Assembly: GCA_008636045.1 (NCBI GenBank)
Contig: SNRW01000013.1
Coordinates: 1-44,582 of the forward strand
DNA length: 44,582 nt
Direction: 5' to 3'
Origin: Streblomastix strix
Taxonomy: Eukaryota
The notes below the pieces were generated by a model. That model was not told where the DNA came from, ran no database searches, and saw only the letters and a program-made list of their open reading frames with translations. Both the position numbers and the translations under genes were made by a program. Below, piece after piece: positions 25,884 through 37,327 of the stretch. The number at the start of each line of letters is the position of its first letter. Position 1 is the first letter of the stretch.

Positions 25884-27515
25884 ATGACAGTATATATTGA
25901 CGAAAAATTACTTGAAGCTGCTGGATTAACTAATTTTCCAGAGTTATATGCTTATATTAAAGAACAAGAACCAAAATCAAGTGAAGAATAGCCATAACTT
26001 GTTCCAATAGGTGAATAAACGTTATAAGAATAAGTTAAATAGAATGCTGCAATAATTAATGATGAAAATAATGAATTTATACCTCCACTAGTTGAAAATG
26101 TATAACCTAAAGTTGATTTATAAGATTAACTTGAGTTAGCAGAAGGTTGTACATGGTTGGTTAATTAATAAATGTAATAATTGAGTGTTTCAAAAAAGAA
26201 AGTTACTTACAATTTCTCATTAAAAACAACAAAATATTTTCATGGATATATATTTGAAAATTGGCCTGAATAAGCAAAACCAAGAATTGAAGATAAAATT
26301 ATTATAATAGTAGGATCAGATTCATTGTAGAAAAATAATATATTCGGATATATTGATTAAAATGGTCCTTATATTTCATTAGATGGAGATGAAGATATAT
26401 AATCTGGTATTACTATTATTTTATCAGGCACTTATTATACAGAATATACACCAATTAAACAAGCTTTACATGATAGCAACAATGATAATAAATTAGACAT
26501 ATAAGATACATGGAATGAAATTGCTAAAGGAGGAGAATATAAGACATAATCTTGGGTGTATGAAATTGTAAAGCATTAATCAGATGTACTTGAATAGAAA
26601 TCATTAGGACCAGAATCTGCAAAATATAATTGGTTAAGTAGCAATTTATTAATTGATCCAGTTTCAATATATGGTCCTGATAGAGCAATGTTTTATTTGA
26701 TTGATGGACCTCAAATCACATTTAATTTTAAGTCTAATGTTAGTGATAATTCATTAAATTACTATAAAGTTTTTCAAAAGATTAATCCAAGATTGCTTAC
26801 ATAAAAAACTAAATATTTTACTGTACATCCTTGTTAATATGAATTCTATGCTCATATGGATGTGAAACCTAACGGAGATGCCGATATATTTAATAAAAAT
26901 AAGATGGAAGTGAAATTCAATGGTTAACCTGGTAATAGAGATGTAGAATTTGCTGGTACATATATTAATGATACTTATGTAAATCCTGAATCAACAGATC
27001 CTTAAGCTGATAATAAAGCTAAATCAAAAATAGATGAAGTAATAGTACAACATGATAGTAAAATTGGAAGAGCACCATTATTTACTGATTATACAATAAC
27101 TGATTTAATGGATTAGGTTCAATTTGCTGATTATTTTAGAAATGGATAGATTGAAATAATTAATGAAGGTTATTCTCCACCAACAATAATAAAAGATAGT
27201 ACATTATATCGAGTAAATGACGGAGTGAATAATTTAATTGTATTCAATTTTTATATTGAATAACTAGATAATAATAATGTAAGCTCTAATTTAATGCTTT
27301 GTTGGTTACCTGATGAAATTGTTCCATTAACTAATAAATATTTCCCTTCATCATGCTATATAACTGTACCAGCATAATCATATTTTGATAAGAGATCATC
27401 AAGTTATGCAAAGATAGATTCTGGTGATAAAGGGCTATATATTCATCTAAGTGATCCTGTACAAGATACTAAAAGAGGTAGAGTTTATTACATAAGTGGA
27501 AGTTATTACATTTGA
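25884..27515 (+). CDS. Viral protein with three tandem beta-rich receptor-binding-like domains, 543 aa
   Basis: ATG-to-TGA ORF with three internally similar segments (VTYNFSL…NWPEQAKP…ILSGTYY; ITFNFK…INPRLLT…EFAGTYI; IVFNFY…WLPDEIVP…YISGSYYI). Function is inferred. Confidence 0.65.
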
Positions 27516-27632
27516 GCTCATTGTATTCGTACTCTACTAACTATGTTAGCGCTCTAAAGAGTAAAGAGATTACAGTAATTATTCATGAAGTTAATATTTT
27601 TGTTAAACCGAAACAAGAATACAATTAAAAAG

Positions 27633-27944
27633 ATGGCCGTAGGTTTGTTTCATAAAATAAAACAATTAGCATCAAAAGTTGGCAAAGGATTATAATGGGT
27701 AAATGAAAAAGTTGTAAAGCCGGTAGTTCTTCCAGCAATGAAGTAATTTAGTGGTATAATTCCTGGTGGAGGATTAATTAGAAAAGGAATAGAAACAGGT
27801 TCATCTGCACTTGATGCATTCTATGGATAAGGTTCATAATAAGACTTCAAAGAAAAATATAATGATTTATTAGATGATCCATACTTAAGAAATTTACCGA
27901 TTGATTAACTAAGTAGATTAATAAAACTTAGAGGCAATTAATGA
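27633..27944 (+). CDS. Small protein (103 aa) with N-terminal cationic amphipathic helix; candidate membrane-penetration/internal virion protein
   Basis: MAVGLFHKIKQLASKVGKGLQWVNEKVVKPVVLPAMKQFSGIIPGGGLIRKG…, located directly upstream of the putative MCP. Confidence 0.7.
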
Positions 27945-28015
27945 ACATAAATATGAAACTTAAGAATGATTAATGACGAAGTTAAGAGATTATTTTTGTT
28001 CTTTCACAAATCAAC

Positions 28016-29729
28016 ATGAATCGTTTTCTAGCTAAAGCAATCTAAGTTCAAGGATTAAATACAATTGAATCTCAACTTGAATCAAATGCAGTGACACCGT
28101 TCAAAAATGATGGTGAACATCACTATTCAATTAAAGAAATTAAACCTGAAAGTTAGATGCCAGCATTATTTGATAAAGAAATTATTATAAGTTTATCTGA
28201 CAGTGATCATGATGTAACTTAGATACAAAATTCATTCTTATCAATTGTATTGACTGCAAATCTATAGTTCGATAATAAATTCGATTAATTTGATGATGCA
28301 TATAAGGATGGTGTAGTTTTATTTGTAGGATTGAAGTCAGGAAGTAATATAATTCGTGAATATACTGTTTATCATCGAGGAAGAACTATTGATGGAAGCT
28401 TATAGAATGATGCAACAAACTGAATCATTCATTTATAACACTATCAAGCCAAAATCAGAGAAAAATAACAGAAAACATATTCATTCGTTATATGAAAATA
28501 TCCATAAATTTGATACTTCAGCATGTGGAACTTATATAACTATGAGAGAAATTGAAGAAGCAATTGGAAATTAAACAAGTGTACCATATTTGATGCCAGT
28601 TAGATTCAGAATTTCAGTTCCTTTAGATGATATACTTATTTTCTCAGCATTTACAGATTATCCTAATGGAATGTTTGGAGATCTTAAGATTAAATTCAAA
28701 ATCAATCCAAATGCTTTCGTATTTGCTTAAGTTAATCCAACAGTATCACTAGCAAAATATTATACAATGAATAAAGATGAGTTATTGAGTTCAGGATAAT
28801 AAAAATTGATGGATATTGATCTCTTCTTCCGTAATTGGAGCTTAACATTCTAATATACGAAATAATTTACATAACTTGGATGTACAGCTGATTTAATAAC
28901 AAGTATCAAAACTGAAGAATTAACTCAAAGTGGTTTGAAGAATTTAATTTGCGATATTAATCCAGTTACGATTTCAATAAAAAATTACGTAGTAACTGAA
29001 GTTACAGCAAATATGGCTGGATATAAAGCAAATGATGCATGTTTGGCAAGAGTTAGAGATTTCTTTAGTACTAGAGCTTTTGTAGTTCCTGCATAAAGAG
29101 TTGAAATTTGGCCATTTCCAACTTCTGCAACACTTACAGGAATAAGAACTTCATAAAATATTCCATTATCTCATGTTACAGATTTTGTATTGCTATTTCC
29201 TAAAGATGCTAGAGCAACAACTTGCTTTGAAAATCCATGTTATTAAAATATGTAACTTACAACTTGTGGAAGAAATTTCCCAGATATGCCAATGAATACT
29301 ACTGATTAATAATTCTTCCAATTATAATTGAATGCTAGTAATTTAGATCTATTATTTGAAGCAACTGATGAATTTGAAGATGCATTAACTACACCTAGAA
29401 ATACTGCAACAAGAAGACTTAATCCACATACAGATTTAACCTCATTCATGATTTCATTGCAATGCGAGAGAAATAGTAATGGAACTCTAACTTTTGATGG
29501 ACTTGATACAATGAATTAGAATACATCTGTTGAATTAAGAGGTGCACCAATTTATTAAGGAATTACAGATAGTTATTATAATGTAGATACTAATGGAAAA
29601 CGACCTCCACCTCCAATTCTACGTACAGTTCATGATACATTCTGGTTATTTAGTCCTAATCAAGGTGGTTCAGCTCATTATGATACAACACATTCATTTG
29701 ATGAAGTTGTAGGAGAAATTGGAGCTTGA
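28016..29729 (+). CDS. Probable double-jelly-roll major capsid protein (~570 aa), interrupted by a 1-nt insertion at ~28417-28419
   Basis: Frame 2 runs from ATG 28016 to TGA 28421-28423 and continues in frame 3 to TGA 29727-29729; removing one A from GCAACAAACTGAA gives ATTESF. It is beta-rich, with strand patterns SNIIREYTVYHRGRTID and QNMQLTTCGRNFP in the two halves. Its size and position beside the penton-like gene and ATPase fit an MCP. Confidence 0.7.
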
Positions 29730-29828
29730 GAATGAAATTTACAAGCGACGAGCTTCGCAGTCTCTTGATTATAAATAATTAATTGAATAAATAAATAAAT
29801 TAATAAATTATTTTTATTTTTATATCAA

Positions 29829-30251
29829 ATGTAAGTTGCAGAAAATAAGAAACATTTCATTATAACTCGAGATCTTACATAAAATGAATAGCACTCATTC
29901 CAAAGAAGATTACAAGTAGATTTCGTAAATTCATAGAATGAAAGAAAAATAACGTTTATTTAATGTGTAGTTCCATGGAAAGTTAAGAAATATTTCTATG
30001 ATTTGAATTTACAAGAAGATGATGAAACAACTCCAATAGATCATATGAAGATATCATTTCATTCAACTTTAGTTCAAGAAGAATAATATAACGATTATTA
30101 TGTTGGTTAATGTGATGAATAAAGAGCTTAAAAAATATTTCCTCAAATGAATCGTAGACCTATGATTTACTTTTGGTTTAAGGATCAAGATGGAAAAGAT
30201 CTTGATGTAGAACATATGGATTTCATAATTGAATTACTGTTAGAATATTGA
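29829..30251 (+). CDS. Probable minor capsid (penton) protein, compact single jelly-roll, 140 aa
   Basis: The C-terminus IYFWFKDQDGKDLDVEHMDFIIELLLEY matches the 'hxhxhxDxxGxxhxh…hxhxLxh' ending typical of Polinton/virophage pentons. An internal ISFHSTLV is also present. Confidence 0.65.
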
Positions 30252-30403
30252 ATGAAATGTATATATGAGTTATTTTTCATTGAATGAAACATTGTGACAC
30301 ACTGTGACACGATATGTCTCGTATGATATTTGATAGCAGAGCTGGAAGTCGAACTAGAATACCTCAAAAACCAATCATTTAAAATGTACCAGAGATATAA
30401 ATA

Positions 30404-30712
30404 ATGGAGAAATTTAATCCAGATGTAATAATTTTTGACAATGTGAATGAATTTAAGTAATATTTAGCAATGAATAAGGAAGAAATGGAGAAAAAATCTA
30501 CGTTGAAACTAAATATGTAATATAAAATTAGAGATGGTTATAGAATTACTAGATTGAAAGGTATAATATCATTAAGACTATGGCCTAAGGAAATGAAGTT
30601 AGAAAAATAATCAGAAACTATTGAATAGATGCAGAATATAGATTAAAGATTGGAAAATTTAATAAATGCATTGTTAATTAAAAATATAATCACAGAAGAA
30701 GATTTAAACTGA
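30404..30712 (+). CDS. Viral hypothetical protein, 102 aa
   Basis: ATG-to-TGA ORF (MEKFNPDVIIFDNVNEFKQYL…YRITRLKGIISLRLWP…) with a C-terminal coiled coil; convergent with the ATPase. Confidence 0.7.
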
Positions 30713-30753
30713 AAATATAGATATTTACATGCAAACTTCGTTTTCATGAATTT

Positions 30754-31530
30754 TCACGATAAGATTTCAATTGTAGTTCCATCAATATTATATTTAACTA
30801 GTAATGCTTCTCTTTTTGGAAGTTATACATATTATTACCAGAGTTCTTCTTTAACAATTGGAATAGAAGATTAATAGAAGAACAAATTAAATTTTTATCT
30901 ATTAAATGCACCGAAGAAATAGATTGAATCAACATTTGATTTAATTGCAGCATCAAGACCAATAATATCTTACAAGCAAAGGAAATAAGTGATTCTTGGC
31001 TATCTATTTTTAAATAATTTCTTGAATAATGGACTCATTTTATTTTTGAATATAGACATTGCATCATCAAATAGTACGATTGTATGTGGAGATTTAATTT
31101 TAAAATCATTAGCACCAGTTTTATCTAATATACTTTAACGTGAATCTTATTCTAAATACTTATCAATTTTATGTTGTATTACTTAATCATATGCTTATTT
31201 TCCTTCAATTAATTCATCAAGAACACCATTTATTTCAGCATATGGTACGATTTTAGTTGGAATTTTAATCAAATGCTTCATTTTTTAATAAGTTTGGTCG
31301 TTATTAGTATCTGTAACATAAATAAATAGAGTATAACAATGAGATTTTAACTGACTCAGTTTAATTAATTCCCTGAAAACATTGTAAGTTTTACCGCTAC
31401 CTCGTTAACCAATCAATAAATTAATTGAATTGTAAGTAAAATTAAGCTCTTTATGAATTGAAGACTAAATATCATGCTTATCTTAATCAATATTCGATAA
31501 AAGTGCGTTTACGTGTCTAGTTAAAGCCAT
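30754..31530 (-). CDS. A32-like (FtsK/HerA superfamily) genome-packaging ATPase, 258 aa
   Basis: Walker A LLIGQRGSGKT, Walker B IVLFDD, then NRQPRITYFLCLQD (Arg finger plus conserved Gln) and IKSNVDSIYFF. Both motif Gln residues (GQRG, CLQD) are TAA-encoded. Confidence 0.92.
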
Positions 31531-31545
31531 TCTTATTTAATACGA

Positions 31546-31822
31546 GATAATATTAACGAACAAATTCACATCAAAATTATCAAAACATCGCTTTTTTATG
31601 AACTACCCTATCAAAATTGCGAAACGCTAAAAACTCGTTTGCGATGAAAATGCTCGCTCAAAATTCGTTATCGTAAACTGAAGGCCAAAAATTTCAGACT
31701 AGCACAAAACTCAAAGGCTCAAAATTGTAACATCTTTAGCAAATAACACAGAAATTCAGTGAAAAATGTGCAAAACACTGGAAAAAAATGAAATACCCTA
31801 TTGACGTCCTAGCTATATTATT
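31546..31822 (-). repeat. Right terminal inverted repeat (277 bp)
   Basis: Ends GACGTCCTAGCTATATTATT. Inverted copy of 12349-12625. Confidence 0.95.
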
Positions 31823-32099
31823 TTTGTCATGATTATACTTTATATATTATGGGGAAATAGATAGCTATATCTATCATAAATTATTGGACATTTTAATATT
31901 GCGAATATATTTAAGTGAGTAGACAAAAATTATGAAGTTAATATAACAAATTCAACATAAATAATTTGATCAATTAATTTTGGTAAAGTTAAATAGAGAA
32001 ATAATTATAATTGATACATAGAATGAATCGGATATATTCATTCACGTTAAGTAATTCGTCTATAAAGTTAAAGGGTTCAATTTTCATTTATTAAACTTA

Positions 32100-32870
32100 A
32101 ATATTTATTCTTTTCAGCGTTTGCAGTTAATGTATTAAATTAACGTACATTTTCTAATACTTAAGCTCTTATTTGTTCACTAACTATTCCATAAATCCCG
32201 CTAAATACACATAATAATGATACTTCCATAGATATTGGTTGAGGATAGTTATGAATAGTTAAATTCTTCAATCCATCAAGACGCACCTATGCAAATTCAT
32301 CATCCATTTTATCAATGGTTCCATCATTCGTAATCTATTATCCAAATATTCTTATTATTTTCAATTTCTCAAATTCCGCTTTTGGTATTTCAATATCAAC
32401 ATTCCATGATTCTAACATATCTCTTAGATTCGTTAAATGTGTCATGTTAGCCCAATCATTAATCGTTTCATATTTAAGTGTTTCTCTAACATTATTCTTT
32501 GTTTCTCGAATAGATGTGTTTGGACCAACAACACGATTTTATACAAGATCTATTTACATTGGATCATCTTCAAATTATTTATGCTTATACATTTATGCAA
32601 ATATATCAATTTCAATGCTATCCAATCCAATACATTTTATATATCAAATACTAGGTAGATGATATCCATTTTTATTATAATATACACGTAATCGTCCATG
32701 AGCTGTTTTAATTAATCCAACATTAGCAGATAAAATATTATCAGTTATTTTTTAGCGAATCTCATCAATCTTTTCTTTAAATAGATTCTTCTTAATATAG
32801 AAATCAATTACACATAAATTTCCATATTCTACAAATGTTAAATCGATTAATTTACCTGTAACTTAAGTAG
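32100..32870 (-). pseudogene. Decayed primase-polymerase (Prim-Pol/AEP-like) gene fragment
   Basis: VTGKLIDLTFVEYGNLCVIDFYI…NVGLIKTAHGRLRVY…QNRVVGPNTSIRETKNN…; homologous to 37328-39160, with degenerate catalytic motifs and no start. Confidence 0.7.
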
Positions 32871-33282
32871 TTATGTGAAAATGGAGAGTGCTTACACTGA
32901 AAAATAAAATAAAATAATGTAAAATTAATAATAATAATATTTAAATTATTTTATTCAAATGATGCAAAATTATAATTTTTTTTATTTTTTACATTTTCTA
33001 ATATAAATCAGCTGGTAAGAAAAAGAATTGAATCGTAATATAGCATACAACTGATATAAAATTACACATGTAAGAGTTTAATATATTATCTATTCGTAAT
33101 TGACTTTAACTACTTTATAATTACTCTAAACTCTTTAGTTATTCATAATAAATAGAATCTTATTTTATTTATAAACTTCAATTTATTAAAGATTCTTCTT
33201 CAAAATTGTGTGAAATATAATTATAAAGTTTATATTTTTATGAAAATAATATAGAATAATAATTATTAAATATTTATAAAAA

Positions 33283-33356
33283 AGCCCCCGGTGGGATTCG
33301 AACCCACAACCTTTTGATTACAAATCAAACGCAATATCCAACTATGCTACGGAGGC
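33283..33356 (-). tRNA. trnT: tRNA-Thr(UGU)
   Basis: GCCTCCG TA GCATAGTTGGATATTGC G TTTGA TT-TGT-AA TCAAA AGGTT GTGGG TTCGAAT CCCAC CGGGGGC T forms a full cloverleaf, followed by an oligo-T terminator. Confidence 0.95.
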
Positions 33357-33788
33357 TCTCATTAAACGCTGAGTTACATTCTTTGTTCTTTATATACTTA
33401 ATAGCCTTAATTTTCTCAATATTCTCATGCATAAGTTCTGCTCTAAGATAAAAAATAATTTTAATAAAATGATAAATTTCAATAATCTTTTTATTTTAAT
33501 TATTTTTTTGAATTTAAAATTTATAAGTATTATAGCCTGATATACACTATTGATTCTTAATATAATATATTTATTATATTGATTCCAATTCCATAAATAT
33601 TCAACCATATGTGTGGAAATTAAAGCTACAAATTAATTTAAAAATGTTGTAAATATTTATTCTATTTCTATTCATTCAATTGTTTTCTCAATTAAAAAAT
33701 TGGTAAAAATAAAAATAAACTCTCATATAATTTTAACTTTATTTATATATGCATATGTAGCATATATGTTGTATATCATAATAATATA

Positions 33789-35550
33789 GGACACCATCAA
33801 AGATTAACTGGATGGATCTGGTGAAAATCTTAATTTTTTAAAAAATATCATATGTTAATTTTACAAATATATTTTAAGGTATTTTATGAATAATGTCATA
33901 AATTTTAATTATCAATATTATATTATGTACATATATGTAATAAAAATGGGTACAATATACATGACGAGTCGCGCGCCTCTATATATATTATTATTCGCTT
34001 CGCTCGCAAAGATTTAATGTCGATATAATTTCTAATTATAATTTAAATAATAAAAATAAAAATAAAAATAAAAATTGTGTATTTCTAAAATTTAATAAAA
34101 CGATAATGTATTTCATGAAGAATGTGCTTCATCACGTACATTATCGCTCGCTTCGATTGATAAATTAATTTTATTATATTTTTTTCTCTCATTTATTAAA
34201 ATTGTTAATATTTTAAATTAGTTTAGATTTTTCAAACACTTCAATGGAACTAAATCAGCGAATTTTTAACGTTGGATAACTGAACCGGATTTTATGTATG
34301 CAGAGGCAACAATGAAGTTGTTCATTGATGCTAATTAGTTTTCTGAAACTAAAAAAATGTCCAAGGTGTCTTAGAAGTCTAAATCAAAGTGATAATGGAA
34401 TCGGAGAAAGAATTTGCAGATGTTATTGCACCATTCCTAAATTTTCACGTACATGGCGATTTGAAACTTCACTTTTCAGAAGAAAAAAAGAAATTGATCT
34501 AATTATGATGACAGCAATTCATTTTTGGTTACATTTAACACAAAAATAGTCATCAGAACTTTCCGAACTTTCTCATCTAACTACTTCAAAGTTATGTAAG
34601 TTGTGTAGAAGATCTAGCGCTTTAGAAAAAATAAATAATTTTATAAAACTAAATGGCTACAATAAAACAATAAAAATCGATGAGATGGCTGTGTACAGAT
34701 GCAAATACAATATTTGATGAAGAAATGTCCAACAATATAGGTTTTTTGAGCAGTCGAAAGGGACGAATTCGGTATAAATTCAATGAATATATATATAAGG
34801 AAAATATTAAATCGCGCAAAAGAAACCCTATATCAAATAATCAGAGATTTCATTACAGAATGTTCACACTTTTTCAGTAACTGCTGGAAAGTATATGACT
34901 CGATACAATAAATTTCTGGAATGAATTTCCGTCTCAAGAATGTATAATTATTATTTTTTTTATATTTCAACAAACGTTTTTATAGATCAAACACTCAAAA
35001 TACTTTGTGGATCCTATAACCAAAGCTCGTACCAACATGTTTGAGGGTAATTGGATCCTTCTTAGAAATTTCTTCCCTAGACATGGTTTTACAGCTTTAT
35101 ATTTAAATGAATATATATAATCATATATATAGTAAAAAATAAAAATTTCTATCTTTTTACAAAATCTCTTATGATCTATTCTGAAAAATCATTCGTAAAT
35201 GGAACGATGCAAGATGATGAACAAGATGATGACTCCGATGGTAACGATAGATATTCCCAACCGACATTTTCAATACAAAAAGACCAAACTCAATAGCCGA
35301 CATATGATACATGGATTGAAAATCCAATTTCACGAGAAAACAGGCCAAAAGACCAGTTAAAAGACCTTTTAACTGTTATGATTTAATCTACGATACAGAT
35401 ATTGCCTATTATGTTGATAATGTATTAATTTAACCAACCGATACACTATTATCATTAACTAATTGTTAATAAAATTTCAAATTTTTTTTAAAAAAATTCA
35501 ATTTATTTTTTATAAAAACTTAAATTTTCTCCAGATCCATCCAGTTGATC
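33789..35550 (+). mobile_element. Decayed Merlin (IS1016/ISXO2-like DDE) DNA transposon, copy A
   Basis: Inverted repeats GATTAACTGGATGGATCTGGTGAAAAT (33802-33828) and ATTTTCTCCAGATCCATCCAGTTGATC (35524-35550) flank the transposase remnant. The outer right end appears lost. Confidence 0.75.
34243..35120 (+). pseudogene. Merlin/ISXO2-like transposase pseudogene, copy A
   Basis: Across frameshifts and stops: CPRC…CRCYC Zn ribbon, KLNGYNKTIKIDEMAVYRCKYN, ETLYQIIRDFITECSHFFSNCWKVY, KHSKYFVDPITKARTNMFEGNW. These correspond to the family consensus VEIDES…KYNRG, TL..II…SDCWKAY, NHS..FVDP.TG.HTN.IE..W. Confidence 0.85.
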
Positions 35551-35551
35551 A

Positions 35552-35847
35552 GTAGTAGGCAAAAGACACACATTGTCAAATAGAATTAAAACTTAAAAAT
35601 AATGAGAAAGTGTCGGTGCTGAAAATGATAAATAATAATGAAAAATGAAAAAATTTATGAATAAAATGAATGAAAATAGAAAAATAGAAAAGTATATATA
35701 AAAAAAATATGAGTAATTTATGAAAAAAGAAGAACAAAAAAGATAAATTGTAAGGGATTATGAAGATAATTTTTGATGATCAATAATGGGATAACTTTAT
35801 TTTTGAGATTAAATTACATTGGTCAATGTGTTTCTTTTGCCTACTAC
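35552..35847. mobile_element. MITE-like element (~300 bp) with ~30-bp TIRs, copy A
   Basis: GTAGTAGGCAAAAGACACACATTGTCAAAT (35552-35581) and ATTGGTCAATGTGTTTCTTTTGCCTACTAC (35818-35847) are inverted repeats around a non-coding A-rich interior. Confidence 0.7.
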
Positions 35848-36463
35848 ACTTGGATATTATTTTAGAAAATGTAGTTTATATAATTATTTTATTTTTGAAA
35901 ATTTTTTAAAGATTAGAGAATTTTAGTTTATTCGTACTGAAATAGTATAAGAAAATATGTGGGGCCTTCAAGGTTTTTCAATGATATATGATGAATGTAA
36001 AATTATAAATTGTAATGATGAATAATAAATAAATAGTTTGCTGAGCTAAAGCGAAAAGAAAATATTATATATGGAAAATATAATTAAAAATTAAGGTTAG
36101 TTGATGGAATTGAAAGTGACCAATTGCTGTAGAATCACAAATAAACAACATTTTTGAATCCCTCGTATATGATATGACCTTATAGAAGAATATGAACGAG
36201 ATATGAAAAATTGAGAAAATTGATGAGATTTTGATGGCTTATTTAATTATTTTAATTATAATATATAGCCAATAAAAAATCAAAATATATAAAAAAAAAT
36301 ATAAATGTTTTCTGATTAACTTGAGAGTTGGTATCTTAATCAATGATCGCACGCTTATCACGAAAATGATACCAAAAGTTAATGATTGAACTGACGGTTC
36401 GGTCAAACTAAGCGGATTAATGTGATTAATAAATGGTATAGATAAATTGATTGATTTACTTAA

Positions 36464-36904
36464 GTGTCCATGATCGAAGAAATGTTATTAGTGTGTATGT
36501 GCTGGCGCTGTGGATAAATGATATGATTTGACCATGTGTCCATTATGTCAATTGTGTCCATGGTCGAAAAATCCATTCTCCGTTTCCCGCCATATTCATC
36601 ATAATGCCATTGGATTTCTGCTTTGGACATTCTGTATTGGTTTGAAGAACTAGCGAACAAAATAATATAGGTCATTATTGTGTATTGCCATATGGCATTT
36701 GCTTAGATTGCTCAAAAAATAATTAATGGTCATTTATGATAATATTTATTGTGATGGCATTATCTATGTCAGCTTCACCTGCTTTTGTAAAGCAAAGTGT
36801 CTATGGTCGAAGAAATGTTATTAGTATGTATGTGCTAGCGTTGAGGATAAATGATACGATTTATCTATATGTCCATTGTGTCTATTGTGTCCATGGTTGA
36901 AAAT
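36464..36904 (+). repeat. ~108-bp imperfect direct repeats (36464-36572, 36797-36904; partial third copy ~37151-37200)
   Basis: Shared core GTCGAAGAAATGTTATTAGT.TGTATGTGCT.GCG.TG.GGATAAATGATA.GATTT…TGTGTCCATGGT.GAAAA. Confidence 0.8.
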
Positions 36905-37327
36905 TTCTATCAAAAGAATCTTTCATTAGCCATATTGCCATAAATTAAATTGAAATTAATGTGATTATTATTTGAATTGTTTAATGAAGTGATTTGTCCA
37001 TATATACAGACGTGCAGGGTTAGATCCTCTAAAATTAGTGAAACAAAATTGTTCGGTCGGTCGCTTGAAGTCATAATCTGTACAAATAGAAGCCATCGCG
37101 CGAAAGCAATGGCAGACCAAATGAATGATGAGACAAATTTTTGTCTTATCATTAGTGCATATGTGCTAGCGGAGTGGATAAATGAAGTGAATAATCTATA
37201 CAAGACAAAAGACAAGACAAGACAAATCCTAGAGATGCCAGCAATTTTTGTCTGCCAAATATCATATGTCATAAATTAAATTAAATTTATTCTATGAAAC
37301 TATTTGAACTTTTTATCCGTAACCAAA

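Larger units (their letters stand above)
12349..31822. mobile_element. Complete endogenous Polinton/Maverick-like virus (19,474 bp)
   Basis: 277-bp TIRs, 6-bp TSD TTTGTC at 12343-12348 and 31823-31828, empty site at 39316-39321, and genes for pPolB, rve integrase, packaging ATPase and probable capsid proteins. Confidence 0.95.
31829..36160 (+). repeat. Segmental duplication copy A (main part; its first ~210 bp lie at 12135-12348, left of the viral insertion)
   Basis: Collinear similarity to 39156-43655 (tRNA offset 7,492 bp). Confidence 0.9.

Noticed and set aside
1..31822. Interpretation as a field of stop-riddled pseudogenes
   Set aside because: In-frame TAA/TAG fall at conserved Gln positions and genes end consistently at TGA, indicating code reassignment rather than decay.
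33283..33356. Possible UUA/CUA Gln suppressor tRNA explaining the code
   Set aside because: The anticodon is clearly UGU (Thr).
36460..37279. Standard-code ORFs 36460-36675, 36910-37272 and 36977-37279
   Set aside because: They overlap non-coding direct repeats and show no recognisable motifs.
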